Assembly (NCBI GenBank): GCA_963706025.1 | Contig: CAVPLM010000005.1 | Span: 672,001 to 736,000, forward strand | DNA length: 64,000 nucleotides | Reading direction: 5' to 3' | Source of the DNA: an uncultured Actinomycetes bacterium | GTDB taxonomy: Bacteria; Actinomycetota; Thermoleophilia; RBG-16-64-13 | Part shown: positions 9,510-20,431 of the stretch, one piece after another | How positions within the stretch are numbered: position 1 is the stretch's first letter | How the letters are laid out: each line of letters starts with the position of its first letter | Notes under the pieces: model-generated | What the model saw: only the letters and a program-made list of their open reading frames with translations | What the model was told of the DNA's origin: nothing | The model's database searches: none | Translations under genes and position numbers: made by a program

Positions 9510-9561
9510 TGCCGGAGGCGGGACTCGAACCCGCACGGGCATAGCCCTACGGTGTTTAAGA
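9510..9561 (-). repeat. tRNA-Leu(TAA) 3' fragment, copy 3 (52 bp)
   Basis: Identical to the tRNA 3' part through the anticodon loop. Confidence 0.95.
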
Positions 9562-10014
9562 GATCGGTCCGGCGTCCGGCGGCGGCTGCCCAGTGTGCAT
9601 GGATACCGTCTTGTCCTGCCGGAATACCGCTCTTGTGATGGGCTGGGATAGGCAGTCCGGTGGCAGTCCGGGGAGTTCGTCACCAGAATGTCACCAAGAG
9701 CAGCCGGCCGGGGTCTGGCCACGGGCCTATCGGACCGGTTTTGAAGACCGCGGGAGCGAACCGCTTCACACGGCGCGAAACGCTCCGAAGCAGCGTCTCC
9801 ATAGGTCCGTCACCAGGCGCAACGCCTTCTCCCATTCTAACGCGTGCTCTCCCGACGTCACCGAGGACGGCAGAAGGACGGCAACGGGTCGGTAGAGGTA
9901 GCCAAGATCGATGCCGCTCTCGGCGACAGCCATAGGGGGTAGCAGCCGATTTCTGCCTCGGCTCTCCGTGGTCAACACTGGGCCCGATCACACCCAGACC
10001 GGAAGGAGCCTCCC

Positions 10015-10254
10015 ATGGCCAAGACCTACAAGCTGACCGAGAGCCAGATCCCCGAACGCCGGAGCCAGAGCCTCTACGCGGACATTATCGCCGACTTCAT
10101 CGCGCAGGGCGCCGAGTCCATGCAGGTGACCATCGAGGGGATGAAGCCCGCGACCCTGCGGGCCGGGCTGCGACGGGCGCTCAAGGGCAACGAGGACGTG
10201 AAGATGGCGCAGAGGGGTGAGGAAACGTTCCTGCTGAGGCAGAAGACGGAGTAG
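10015..10254 (+). CDS. Small hypothetical protein
   Basis: SD GGAAGGAG, GC3-biased codons, 79 aa. Confidence 0.6.
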   Translation: MAKTYKLTESQIPERRSQSLYADIIADFIAQGAESMQVTIEGMKPATLRAGLRRALKGNEDVKMAQRGEETFLLRQKTE

Positions 10255-10291
10255 CCCTTACCCCGGCCGAGACCACGATAGGGAGGGTGAC

Positions 10292-10531
10292 GTGAGACCT
10301 GAGACACTAGACCGTAACGACCCCCGCAACAGCTTTGTGTTCGACGGCATCCCCATGTGCTGGGTCTGCTACTGGTACGTTGGCGGCATGACCTGCCGGG
10401 CGTTCGGGCTGATGGAGCCGATCCCCGACGAGATCATGAGCTTCGGCTTTGACCACCGCGACCCTTACCCGGGTGATAACGGCAGGCGGTTCGTTCCACA
10501 TGACGCGGATCCACCGCCAGAAGACTGGTAG
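10292..10531 (+). CDS. Small Cys/His-motif protein of a phage-associated type
   Basis: CxxC...C-RAF...IPDEI...DHRDPYPGDNG.RF; SD GGGAGG. Confidence 0.55.
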   Translation: MRPETLDRNDPRNSFVFDGIPMCWVCYWYVGGMTCRAFGLMEPIPDEIMSFGFDHRDPYPGDNGRRFVPHDADPPPEDW

Positions 10532-10643
10532 AGGGCATGGCACAAGAGGACGGGGGCCCCGAAGACCGCCGTCCCGTTCACCAATGCTCTTGGCAGTCGT
10601 TCCTACTGGTTCAGCCAGATCGTGCAAGCCCCAGACTAGACCG

Positions 10644-10960
10644 TCACTCCTTCCAGATGGCGCCCGAGTACTGCACCCCTCCCTCGTCAGCCCAGGTGCC
10701 CTGTCCCTGCAGGCCCTTCAGGCCCCCAGTCGCGTTGATGACGGTCCACTCGCCTCCGAACCAGGAGCCGTCATCCGGCTGGAACGCGGTGAGGCGCAGG
10801 TCCAGGCCACCGTGGGTGCCGTTCACGTTTGCGTCCTCGAAGTGGATCCACAGCATCGCCCACATGGCCGAGCAGCCGGCGGGGAGCCACGCTACGAACG
10901 GCTCCTTCGAGAAGCCTCCGAAGGTCCCGGTCCACGTCACCGTCTGTAGCCGATGTAAGG
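10644..10960 (-). pseudogene. C-terminal part of a beta-rich exported-type protein, 5' end missing or frameshifted
   Basis: WTGTFGG...GEWTVINATGGLKGLQGQGTW...YSGAI with coding-like codon usage; no convincing start. Confidence 0.4.
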
Positions 10961-11001
10961 AAGAGCCGCCGGTCCAGCGTCCTCTTGGCCCATCTCGTTT
11001 A

Positions 11002-12687
11002 CTACCCAATTCCACTTGCCGGAGACCTCTGTGGATCCCGGGGTGCGCGCTCGTCGACACGGGCGGCGATGGACGCGATCGCCTGCACGAACGCGGGGCT
11101 CACGAGCTGACCCGAGTTCCACCGTGGCCTGCCGCAGCAGCTTGGTGCCTGCCTCGCCTAGGATCTTGGGAGCCTTCGAGTTCACGTTCGTCTTCATCTC
11201 TTCGATGACCTTGGTCTCGGCCTCCAGGAATGCGGCCAAGTGCTTGTACGCGTCCTCGGAGCCGGCAGGGGCCTTCATCCCGGCGGCGCGTTCTGTGGCC
11301 GCCTCAATGGTCGTCTGCCGCCCAGGCGAAGTCGTCCTTGTCGGTCTGCGACCAGTCCGGGTAGCGCAAGACGCGTGGAGGAGATCTTGGCGTGGGCCGG
11401 GCTGAGGTTCCTCGACCATCATGACGTCCAGCTCGGTCTTGGTGGCCGGGACGGTGGTGGTCGTCGTAGAGGACGCGACAGAGCGTCGGGCCTGTTGTGC
11501 CGGCCGGCTGGAGCTCGGTCCAGGTGTTGGCGGCAGGGTCGTAGGCCCAGGTATCGTCGAGGTACGGCGGCGTCCGGCGTTCCCGAGGGACAGGATCATC
11601 CTCTTGCCGTCCGGATCGTAGACCATCGCAGCAGCCGAACCGCGCGGAAGGCAGGCTGCCGGCAGGCTTGAGCTCCGTCCAGCTGTTGGCGGCCAGGATC
11701 GTAGGCCCAGGTATCGTTGAGATAGGCGCTCATTGGATCTTCCGGAGCCCCCGTGATGCCTCCAAAGAGAAACATCCTGCCGCTTGCTGGATCGTACGCC
11801 GCGCAGTTTGCGACACGCGCAAGAGGGCCCGCTGCCCGCAGGAGGGAGTTCGGTCCAGGTGTTGGCGGCAGGGTCGTAGGCCCAGGTGTCGTCGTAGGAC
11901 TCGCCCGTACCTCCGACCCTCCAAAGAGAATCATCTGGCCAGTGGCCGGATCGTAGACCATGGGAGTGGCCGTTGCGCGCGGACGGCACGCTGCCGGCGG
12001 GCTTGAGTTCGGTCCAGGTGTTGGCGGCGGGGTCGTAGGCCCAGGTGTCGTTGACGCTGGTGCTCGTGATCGGCGTCCGAGCGCCTCCGAAGAGGATCAC
12101 CTTGTCGGTGCCCGGGTCGTAGACCATGGCGTGGGCAACGCGCGCAGACGGCAGCGCTGCCGGCGGGCTTGAGCTCCGTCCAGGTATTGGCGGCAGGGTC
12201 GTAGGCCCAGGTGTCGTTGAAGTAGGTGCGGGGATCGAAAATGTCTGCAGCCCCTCCGAACATGAGCATCCTACCGATCGGCGACGTCGTAGACCATGCG
12301 AGGAAAGGCGCGGTGCCGAGGGCACGGTCCCGGTAGGATCGAGTTTGGTCCAGCTGCAGGCGGCAGGGTCGTAGGCCCAGGTGTTGTCTTTCGCACCGCG
12401 AGGAGTCCATTGGCCTCCGAAGAGGATTACCTTTGCGCTGGCCGGGTCGTACACCATGGCAGAGGGCCATCGCGATGGCAGGAGGCGGCGGCCGCGGTGG
12501 TCAACCGTGTGGCCGTGGTCACCGGCTTGGGTCGTGGATGGTCACGGGGCTCAGCTGAGTGGTGGTCACGGCCTGGGTGGTGGTTGTCTCTTCGCCGCCA
12601 CAGGCTGACGCAACGAGTGTGATGGCGAGCAGCACGAATAGAGTGAGAGCGACCAGAAGCACAAGGAGCGGTCTTCTCGGCTTTCAT
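11002..12687 (-). CDS. Kelch-repeat lipoprotein (many frameshifts)
   Basis: About 6 repeats MVYDP..KVILFGG...NDTWAYDPAANTWTEL across frames; Thr-rich linker; ATG at 12687 behind leader copy 2. Confidence 0.75.
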
Positions 12688-12853
12688 AGGACGCGCACCT
12701 CCTCCTCGGGCAGGATCGGTGTCCGTACGGAGCGATGCGCGGGCGATGACGCTCGTGCGAGGCCCCGTCTTCACGGCCTCCCCGAGCTATAAATGGGGAC
12801 AGTCACTTGGTCCCCGTATAGATTCAGTATAGGCCGGTTCGACCCTGAGTCAA
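12688..12853 (-). promoter_or_regulatory. Repeated promoter plus structured 5' leader, copy 2
   Basis: TTGACT-N16-TATACT; nearly identical to copy 1. Confidence 0.8.
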
Positions 12854-12983
12854 CGAGGAATAGGAGCCCCCGTGGCCGAGCTTGGAACCGGGGGATAAGA
12901 ACGGAGGCCCTGAAGGACCTCCGTCGTTCCGAAGCGACACCACGTCTGATTACTGACCTGCGGACCCTCCGCTAGGCGTTCTC

Positions 12984-13280
12984 TCACAGGACAATCAGGC
13001 GACGGTTGACAGGATCAAAGGCCAGCCTTGTAATCATTGATGAAGGCCCCGAAGGGTATCCCGAGGTCATGACAATAATGGGCGTAGAAAGGAGCATGTG
13101 CTCGCCAAGGTTTCGCCACACACCCGTTTCTCCCGGTATCTCGCCCGGAAGCAGCGCGTTCGTGGATTTCATCATCTGGCCCCAGGCATTCGGAGGATGC
13201 GACGCCCCGGCCAGGGCTGGCACAGACAACGCCAGGAGCAGGACGCCAGTAATGATGAGGACAGCCAGTAACTTGCGCAT
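12984..13280 (-). CDS. Small secreted hypothetical protein
   Basis: SD GAGGAGG, signal peptide MRKLLAVLIITGVLLLALSVPALA. Confidence 0.65.
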   Translation of the reverse strand: MRKLLAVLIITGVLLLALSVPALAGASHPPNAWGQMMKSTNALLPGEIPGETGVWRNLGEHMLLSTPIIVMTSGYPSGPSSMITRLAFDPVNRRLIVL

Positions 13281-13445
13281 GCGAACGCACCTCCTCCTCG
13301 GGCAGGCTCGGTGTCCGTACGGAGCGATGCGCGGGCGATGAGGCTCGTGCAAGGCCCCGTTCCGGCGGCCTGTCCGAGCTATAAATGGGGAGAGTCACTT
13401 ACTCCCCGTATAGATTCAGTATAGGCCGGTTCTTCTGAGCGTCAA
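13281..13445 (-). promoter_or_regulatory. Repeated promoter plus structured 5' leader, copy 3 (diverged)
   Basis: TTGACG-N16-TATACT; 5' hairpin GGGGAG..CTCCCC (compensatory change versus copies 1 and 2). Confidence 0.8.
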
Positions 13446-13533
13446 TCGAACGAATCTCGATAAGACGGGGTTGCAGGGGACGACCATTCTGCTGCGTAGC
13501 ACGTTTGCGTCCGTCCCAAGTCCCGTTGACTGC

Positions 13534-13691
<158 letters not shown>

Positions 13692-13981
13692 GGCTCTCGT
13701 CGTAGGTCCGGTGCGGGGTATCGAGTGTGCATAGATACCGTTCTGTGCGGCGGGAATACCGCTTTGGTGGTGTCCTGTCCGGTGAGCACCGGGGAGTCTG
13801 CCACCAAGATGGCACCAAGATCGGGCGGCAGGGCTCATACGAGGGGAATGGCGGCATAGAGCGGGTAGTGGATGCCAATGGCACTGAACTGGGCCCGGCG
13901 GAGGAAATGTGTGCCCACGAACAAATGGCAGCTGGCCGAGCTCCGGCCACTGGGTCGGACGAGACCGTATGTATGGGATGG

Positions 13982-14653
13982 CTAACGCCAGTTGATGCGC
14001 ACCTGCTTAGACCAGGGGACGATCAGCCAAATCAGGACCGGGGTATCGTCTTCCTTGATATTGAAGCGAACAATCCCGCGCGCGCTCTGCCCCGAAGACA
14101 GCGTTCCACTCCCCAGATCCGATAGTCCAACTCCTGACGGTTCTGTGCTTACGCCTGTCCCCCCACTGCTGCTCGCCTCCAAACTGAAGTCGTCGGGCGA
14201 ATAGGAGATGGCGGTTTCGCCTGCGTTTACGATGGTTACCATGCTGTAGACGACGGCAGATCCCGGGTGTGGTGACTGCGCATCAGAATCGATCACCGGG
14301 GCCTCCACGGTTACAGTTCCACCCCCCACGGTTGTAGTCTCACCCCACTTCAATTCTTCCGTCTGGAGAGTCGTCACCGCGCCTGTTTCCGAGGAGGGTG
14401 TCGAAACTGTCGTCTGCGCCTGACCAGAGGTCGTGGATACCTCAGTCTGCGTAGCTGTGGTTACCGTCAACTCGACACTCGAAGTCGACGCCTGCCCGGA
14501 GTCCTGCGTTGTGCCGCAACCCCACGTGGCTAGCCCAGCCATAAGAAGCACGACCGAACATGTTGCAGCGACTCTGGTTCTGAGGGGTTGCCGGGCTGGC
14601 CTCGTCGTCATTTCGGCCCTACGAGGAAGGCCCTCAGAAGTGTCGATACGCAA
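13982..14653 (-). CDS. Lipoprotein, DUF4352-like Ig domain
   Basis: SD AGAGGAGG before TTG; LATWGC lipobox-like; Thr/Ser linker; VTIVNAG..ISYSPDDFSL...LGSGTLSSGQSARGIVRF. Confidence 0.7.
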   Translation of the reverse strand: MRIDTSEGLPRRAEMTTRPARQPLRTRVAATCSVVLLMAGLATWGCGTTQDSGQASTSSVELTVTTATQTEVSTTSGQAQTTVSTPSSETGAVTTLQTEELKWGETTTVGGGTVTVEAPVIDSDAQSPHPGSAVVYSMVTIVNAGETAISYSPDDFSLEASSSGGTGVSTEPSGVGLSDLGSGTLSSGQSARGIVRFNIKEDDTPVLIWLIVPWSKQVRINWR

Positions 14654-14825
14654 GTCTGCCTCCTCTTGTCTTCAAGCCATGTCAGCGGCCGCGAGAAACG
14701 CCAGAAGGTCTTGGCATCAAGACCTTCTGGCAACGATCTGCCGACGTCTTGCTCATCAGACTCCCTGATTGATGCCCTAGCACCTGATGCCGCCCACCCG
14801 TATGGCAGCGTTGTCGTCTGGGCGC

Positions 14826-15140
14826 TCAGTATACGGTGTGGACGTGGAAGCTAGCATCGACCGTGTGCCAACGAACACCCGGGTCTATATCGTGGGTAAA
14901 TGAAGCAATCCCGTGGCCATCGCCGTAGCCACGAGCACGAATATTGGTGAAGATATGATCTCCCGTACCCTGCTGCACGAAACCGAATCGGCCGGTAGCA
15001 GGAACATTCGCGGCTGGGACGCCGCCGATAGTACAGGTCGGCCCCGAGTACGTATGCCAGACACCCCCCGTTCCAAACGGGTCGTTATAGACACTCATGC
15101 CGGCCCAGTAGTTAGCGGCGGTCACGTAGCCTCCCGAGTT
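14826..15140 (-). pseudogene. 3' fragment of an unknown beta-rich protein, truncated at a Ser-site flank
   Basis: Open frame GGYVTAANYWAGMSVYNDPFG...FHVHTVY* with no start; begins where the flank of Ser copy 2 is cut. Confidence 0.4.
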
Positions 15141-15221
<81 letters not shown>

Positions 15222-15244
15222 CATGTCCAGACTATACTTGCGCC

Positions 15245-15820
15245 ATGCAGGTGAAGCAGCCACAACTCGAAACGCGTCGCTGCATTCTTCGAGATGCGGA
15301 CGCCAACGATCTCGATGTCGTGGTCTCCGCCGTGAGCTCACCGTTGTTCCCTCAGCGGCTTCCGCTGGCCGAGATGGAGAAGTCCGGGCAACTCTTGCAC
15401 TGGCTTGAGCAAATGTCCTCCCGCTCAGCCAGCGGGTCGGCATTCTGCTGGTCCATCGATCTGAAAGAAGCCACGCGCTGCATCGGCCAGGTTTCTCTTT
15501 CGGCAAGGCGTGACTCGACCGCCTGGAACATCGCATTCTGGCTGCACCCGCTCTACTGGGGCCGTGGTCTTGCCCTCGAGACGGTATCGAGTGTGATTGA
15601 GGTCGCCTTTCAGTCGTTAGATATTCCAGAGCTGTGGGCGGGTGTTGCGCTCTGGAATGATCGGTCCATCGCCACGCTGGAACGCCTCGGCTTCCATTTC
15701 AGTGGAGATAGTCCTGCCGGCTACTTCCTGGGCGGCATTGCCGAGCCGGTTCACGAATATCGACTAACACGACAACACTGGCAAGACCAGCGATCTTCCA
15801 CATCAGACACGTCGAGGTGA
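15245..15820 (+). CDS. RimJ/RimL-type GNAT N-acetyltransferase
   Basis: LETRRCILR, IGQVSL, IAFWLHPLYWGRGLALE, NDRSIATLERLGF. Confidence 0.85.
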   Translation: MQVKQPQLETRRCILRDADANDLDVVVSAVSSPLFPQRLPLAEMEKSGQLLHWLEQMSSRSASGSAFCWSIDLKEATRCIGQVSLSARRDSTAWNIAFWLHPLYWGRGLALETVSSVIEVAFQSLDIPELWAGVALWNDRSIATLERLGFHFSGDSPAGYFLGGIAEPVHEYRLTRQHWQDQRSSTSDTSR

Positions 15821-15982
15821 GGGGAATCCTCGAAAGAGGTATTTGAAGCAGAAACCCTGACTAGTGCGGGGAGGCCGACGCGTGGAGGATCGGCGACCTC
15901 GTGACCGGCACTCCCGCATGAGTGCGGTGGCGGCGCCCTGGTGCATCCGGTGTCGCCTCGTACGCCCAGGCATATTCTGTGG

Positions 15983-16115
<133 letters not shown>

Positions 16116-16136
16116 GATACACACGGTCGTCGACCC

Positions 16137-17277
16137 TACCGGCCCTGCCAGATCACCTTGCCGGTCTATCGAGGTAGGTCGGCGAGATGGAGCCGTCGGC
16201 GGTCATGGGATCGAAGCGAGCGAGACCGCCCGGAGAACGGATAGATAGCCTGGGCTTCACGCTCCATGGGGATGACGAAGGCGCCGGTCTTGTCGATGTA
16301 GCCAAAGAGACCGGAGTTCGTCCCCACCGCCGCCAGCCCTTCGGAGAACTCCGCGGCCCACTCGAACTGCGGCTTGATGACCACTGTCCCCGTCTTGTCA
16401 ATGTAGCCATATCTGCGGCATCGTCTTGCACAGACCGCCACCACCGCCAGACCCTCGGAGAAGGGATCGGCCCCGTCGAACTGCGGTTCGATGACAAAGG
16501 CCCCGGTCTTGTCGATGTAGCCCCATCTTGCGGCATCGTTGTTTGCCGGGAACCCCACCGCCGCCAGTCCTTCGGAGAAGCCCCGAATCGCAATCGAACT
16601 GCGGCTCGATGAGCCATGGCGCCGGTCATGTCCATGTAGCCCCACTTCACGGCATCGTTTTCCCCGAACCCCACCGCCGCCAGCCCTTCGGAGAAGCTCG
16701 TAGACCACTCGAACGGCCCGATCACCACGGTGCCCGTCTTGTCGATGTACTCGTTTTGCAGCTTGCCGCCCTTCAGCCGTTCATCGACCGTCACCGCACA
16801 CAGACCTTCCGAGAACGCACCGGGGCTGCTCGTACTGCGTCGGGATGACGACGGTGCCGGTCTTGTCGATGAAGCCCCAGAGATAGTTGTCGCCGACCAC
16901 CGCCGCCAGCCCCTCTGAGAAGGGATTGGCGATGTCGAACTGCGGCTCGATGACCATGGTGCCGGTCATATCGATGTAGCCGAACTTCTCCCCAACGGAT
17001 ACAGGAGCGAGGCCCTCAGAGAATTGGGAATAGGGCCAGTCGACGAACTGGGGCGGGATGACCATCTCGCCCTGCGCTGTTGATGTACCCCAGCTTGCCG
17101 TCGACCACGACGGGGTACAGTTGCGCGGTCTCGGTGGCGAGTGAGGTCTCGGTGCTGACGGCTGTCTCGGTGGTGATAGTGGTTTCAGCGGTGACTGCCG
17201 AGCCGCACCCCGCTACGACGAGAAGGCAGGTGCAAGAGAAGAGCAATCGTAACGGCCATCAGTCTGGGCACGGTCAT
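16137..17277 (-). CDS. WG-repeat (KWG Leptospira-type) lipoprotein (frameshifted)
   Basis: Repeats FSEGLAAV...WGYIDKTG..VIEPQF across frames; LLVVAGCG lipobox. Confidence 0.8.
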
Positions 17278-17448
17278 GGATTCCCCCATGGTTCGCGTGC
17301 GCGACGGCTTCATGATAAGGCATTAGCCGTGAAGGATGCGAAGCTCCCAGCGGCCGAGCTTGATACCGCAGAGACATCCCGCGGACACCAACAGGGGATC
17401 AGGTCGCTATATCGTTCAGTTTTGCCCCGTCCGTTTCGTCCGTTGGTT

Positions 17449-17598
17449 GCCGTTGAGTTTGCCACCGACTTGCCCCCGAACTCGCCCGAAAGACGCGAAA
17501 ACCCGGTCTCGTCGACCGGGTCGACGCTGCCGTTCTTGGCCTTCTGAAGCGGAGAGGGGGGATTCGAACCCCCGGTACCGCTTGCGCGGCACACAACG
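17449..17598 (-). repeat. tRNA-Ser 3' fragment (17549-17598) plus conserved flank, copy 4
   Basis: Same flank and tRNA end with small indels. Confidence 0.9.
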
Positions 17599-17670
17599 AC
17601 TCATCTCCCCAGCCGCTCGTATCCTCTCCTGACCCCGGGGGCCGTGGACGGTGACGCCACCGCAGAAGCA

Positions 17671-17695
17671 AAGGAGCCCCAGTTCGGGGCTCCTT
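17671..17695 (-). terminator. Intrinsic terminator after the MBL-fold gene
   Basis: aaggagcccc-agttc-ggggctcctt perfect stem. Confidence 0.7.
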
Positions 17696-17752
17696 CAGGA
17701 TTGGTAGTGGGCCGTCGTGGCCGGCCCGATAATCCTCGCGGCCGCCGGGTGG

Positions 17753-18898
17753 TCACTCAAGTGGAATACGTGCCTCGGCCCACCAAGCGGGCGGAGTCGG
17801 CAGCACGGGAACGAAGGCCACGCGCTGTTCCCCCGGAATCGGGGGCAGCTGGTCCATGACCTGAGCCTGACGCGCGACTACGGCTTCCTTGGTCACATTG
17901 AACACCGTCAGGTCCTGAGTTTGGACAACGGGACCGCCATAGACGGTGCCGAGCTCGGCGAAGATCATCTGAATGACCTGGGGCGAAAGCAGGGTGTGCC
18001 ACAGGCCCGCCACGCGCGGCTTCACCAGGCTGAACACCTTGCCTGCAGCCGTCGGCGAGGTGTGCGCGGCGTTAAGCGCTATCGTCGCGCGCTCGATCGA
18101 GAGACCCGAAGCGGCCGCGAGAGCCGCGGCAGGCGGGAAACACTCGTGGATGAGCAGGTCGAGGCCACCCTCGTTGGCGCGCACCAGCGGCCAAGCCGCG
18201 CACGTGTCGCCCGAGTAGGAAAACGACAGCCCCGCGAAGTCGACTCGGTAGCCGACGGCGCCGCTCAGAGAGTGGACGACCGGAAAGGACGTCACTCTGA
18301 CGCCGTTCTCCTCGTACACGACCCCGGTCTGGCTCCAGTCGAATTCGTGCGCCACGATCCTCATGCTGTCCTCGTTGATCGGGCCGCGCCCCGCTTCACT
18401 GTCCCAGGCGAGCGCCATCTCGATTCCCTGGCAGAAGTGCCGGGTGCCGAGACGAGGCTCGGTGCCGCTGGGACCCCACACCTTGACCGGGCCGTCCGCC
18501 CGTCCCACCTTCGCGTAGCTTCCGGAGAGCGTGAGTAGATCGGCGGTATGGTCGGCGTGAAGGTGGGTCAAGAAGACCTTATCGAGCTTGTTGACCGGCA
18601 ACTTCAGGCTCGCGTAGTTGGCGAGGGAACCGCTTCCCAGATCGAAGACGAGCACGTCCCTCTCCGGATTCCCGACCTCGACCAGGATGCTCGCCGAGGC
18701 CTGGGCGCGCGTCACCCACGGATTGCCACTGCCGAGCACCGTCACGCGCAGCTCGCCATCCTCCAGCGGCTCATCACCGGGGACGAACGTCTCGGCGTAC
18801 TCTCGTCGCGGCGCACCGACGATCGGCGTTGTGGTGATGGCCTTCGTCCCACCGGCGAACGTCGGCGGGGGTAGAGGCATTGAATCGCTACTTGTCAT
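17753..18898 (-). CDS. MBL-fold metallo-hydrolase (RNase Z/arylsulfatase AtsA-like)
   Basis: VTVLGSG, FDLGSG, THLHADH, YSGDT, LLIHE, HTSP motifs. Confidence 0.85.
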   Translation of the reverse strand: MTSSDSMPLPPPTFAGGTKAITTTPIVGAPRREYAETFVPGDEPLEDGELRVTVLGSGNPWVTRAQASASILVEVGNPERDVLVFDLGSGSLANYASLKLPVNKLDKVFLTHLHADHTADLLTLSGSYAKVGRADGPVKVWGPSGTEPRLGTRHFCQGIEMALAWDSEAGRGPINEDSMRIVAHEFDWSQTGVVYEENGVRVTSFPVVHSLSGAVGYRVDFAGLSFSYSGDTCAAWPLVRANEGGLDLLIHECFPPAAALAAASGLSIERATIALNAAHTSPTAAGKVFSLVKPRVAGLWHTLLSPQVIQMIFAELGTVYGGPVVQTQDLTVFNVTKEAVVARQAQVMDQLPPIPGEQRVAFVPVLPTPPAWWAEARIPLE

Positions 18899-19029
18899 CT
18901 CGGATTCCTCCCGCTTCAGAGTGCCAGCTCAACTCAATCTAACACGAAAGGCCTAATGTGAACGCGGGCTCAGCCGGTCTGTCATCTGGTGCCGTCGCTT
19001 CTGTCCTGGTCCGTTTTCGGCTGTTTTCG

Positions 19030-19181
<152 letters not shown>

Positions 19182-19273
19182 GTCGTGATCCTCCGGCGCC
19201 GTGAGCTTGCCGGGCCCAATACATTGAACTACCCTGGAGAGGACCGGACCGAAGCAACTCTGGGATAGAGCCC

Positions 19274-20254
19274 ATGAAAGCGATCGTCTTCACCAGATAC
19301 GGAACACCCGATGATCTCGAGCTACGGGAGGTAGACAAACCCGTTCCCAGGGACGATGAGGTTCTGGTGCGAGTCCACGCGGTAGCCATAAACGATTGGG
19401 ACTGGGGGATCCTCCAAGGTATTCCGTTCTTGAACCGCCTGAGATTCGGTCTTCGCAGACCGAAGAAACAGATACTCGGCTCCGACATAGCCGGGCGGAT
19501 CGAAGCAGTCGGCAAGAACGTGGAGCGGTTTCAGCCGGGGGATGAGGTCTTCGGGGATTTAAGCGGCCACTGGGGCGGTTTCGCTGAGTATGTCTGCGCT
19601 CCTCAAAAGGCCTTGGCTCCGAAACCGAGGGGCATGACCTTCGAGGAAGCCGCCGCGATACCTCAGGCGGCACAGCTGGCTGTGCAGAGCCTTCGCGACA
19701 AAGGGCGGATCCAACAAGGACAGAAGCTTCTCATCAATGGGGCGGGCGGGGGCGTAGGTACCTTTGCTATCCAGATCGCGAGATCATATGGGGTTGAAGC
19801 AACTGGCGTAGACAGCTCGGGGAAACTGGACATGCTGCGCGCGATGGGCTTCGACCATGTCCTTGACTATACACAAGAGGATTTCACCAAGAAGGGGCGG
19901 CACTACGATCTGATCCTTGATGTCAAGACAAATCGGTCAATACTCGATTACCTGCGCGTATTGAGTGCTAGTGGCGTCTACGTCACGGTCGGGGGCTCCA
20001 CGGCTCGGGTTACTCAAGCCTTGCTGCTGGGACCGTTGATCTCGCTGGTGAGTAAGAAGCGAGTACGCATTGTTCCCCTGAAGCCGAACAAGGACTTGAG
20101 CTACATGACTGAGCTCTTCGAAGCCGGCACGGTCAAACCGGTGATAGATGGTCGTTACAGGCTGAGTGAAGTCGCTGAAGCCATGCGGTACTTCGGGCAA
20201 GGTAACCACAAGGGCAAGATCGTCATAACTGTGGAAGACGACAATACGGCCTAG
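19274..20254 (+). CDS. NAD(P)-dependent medium-chain dehydrogenase/reductase (quinone reductase-like)
   Basis: MKAIVFTRYG..., GSDIAG, GGFAEY, INGAGGGVGTFAIQIA, GKIVI. Confidence 0.9.
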   Translation: MKAIVFTRYGTPDDLELREVDKPVPRDDEVLVRVHAVAINDWDWGILQGIPFLNRLRFGLRRPKKQILGSDIAGRIEAVGKNVERFQPGDEVFGDLSGHWGGFAEYVCAPQKALAPKPRGMTFEEAAAIPQAAQLAVQSLRDKGRIQQGQKLLINGAGGGVGTFAIQIARSYGVEATGVDSSGKLDMLRAMGFDHVLDYTQEDFTKKGRHYDLILDVKTNRSILDYLRVLSASGVYVTVGGSTARVTQALLLGPLISLVSKKRVRIVPLKPNKDLSYMTELFEAGTVKPVIDGRYRLSEVAEAMRYFGQGNHKGKIVITVEDDNTA

Positions 20255-20431
20255 CGAGACGCCAGCGCCGTGGTTTCGGCTCAGGGTGTCTTCCGGTGCG
20301 TTCCAGTCCATCACAGTCCGTTAGCGGGTGCCAAGTTCGTCACCAGGATGTCACCAAGCGGCCCCTAGAGACGCCAAAACCGGCCTCGCTGACCGGGCTT
20401 CAGAGCAAGAATTACCTGCAAATCACACCAA

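Noticed and set aside
7147-13398. Longer ORF starts (7150, 12774, 13352) that translate the repeated leader as MKTGPRTSV...
   Set aside because: The reading frame is not kept across the three copies, and a strong SD sits just before the downstream signal-peptide ATGs, so the leader is best read as non-coding.
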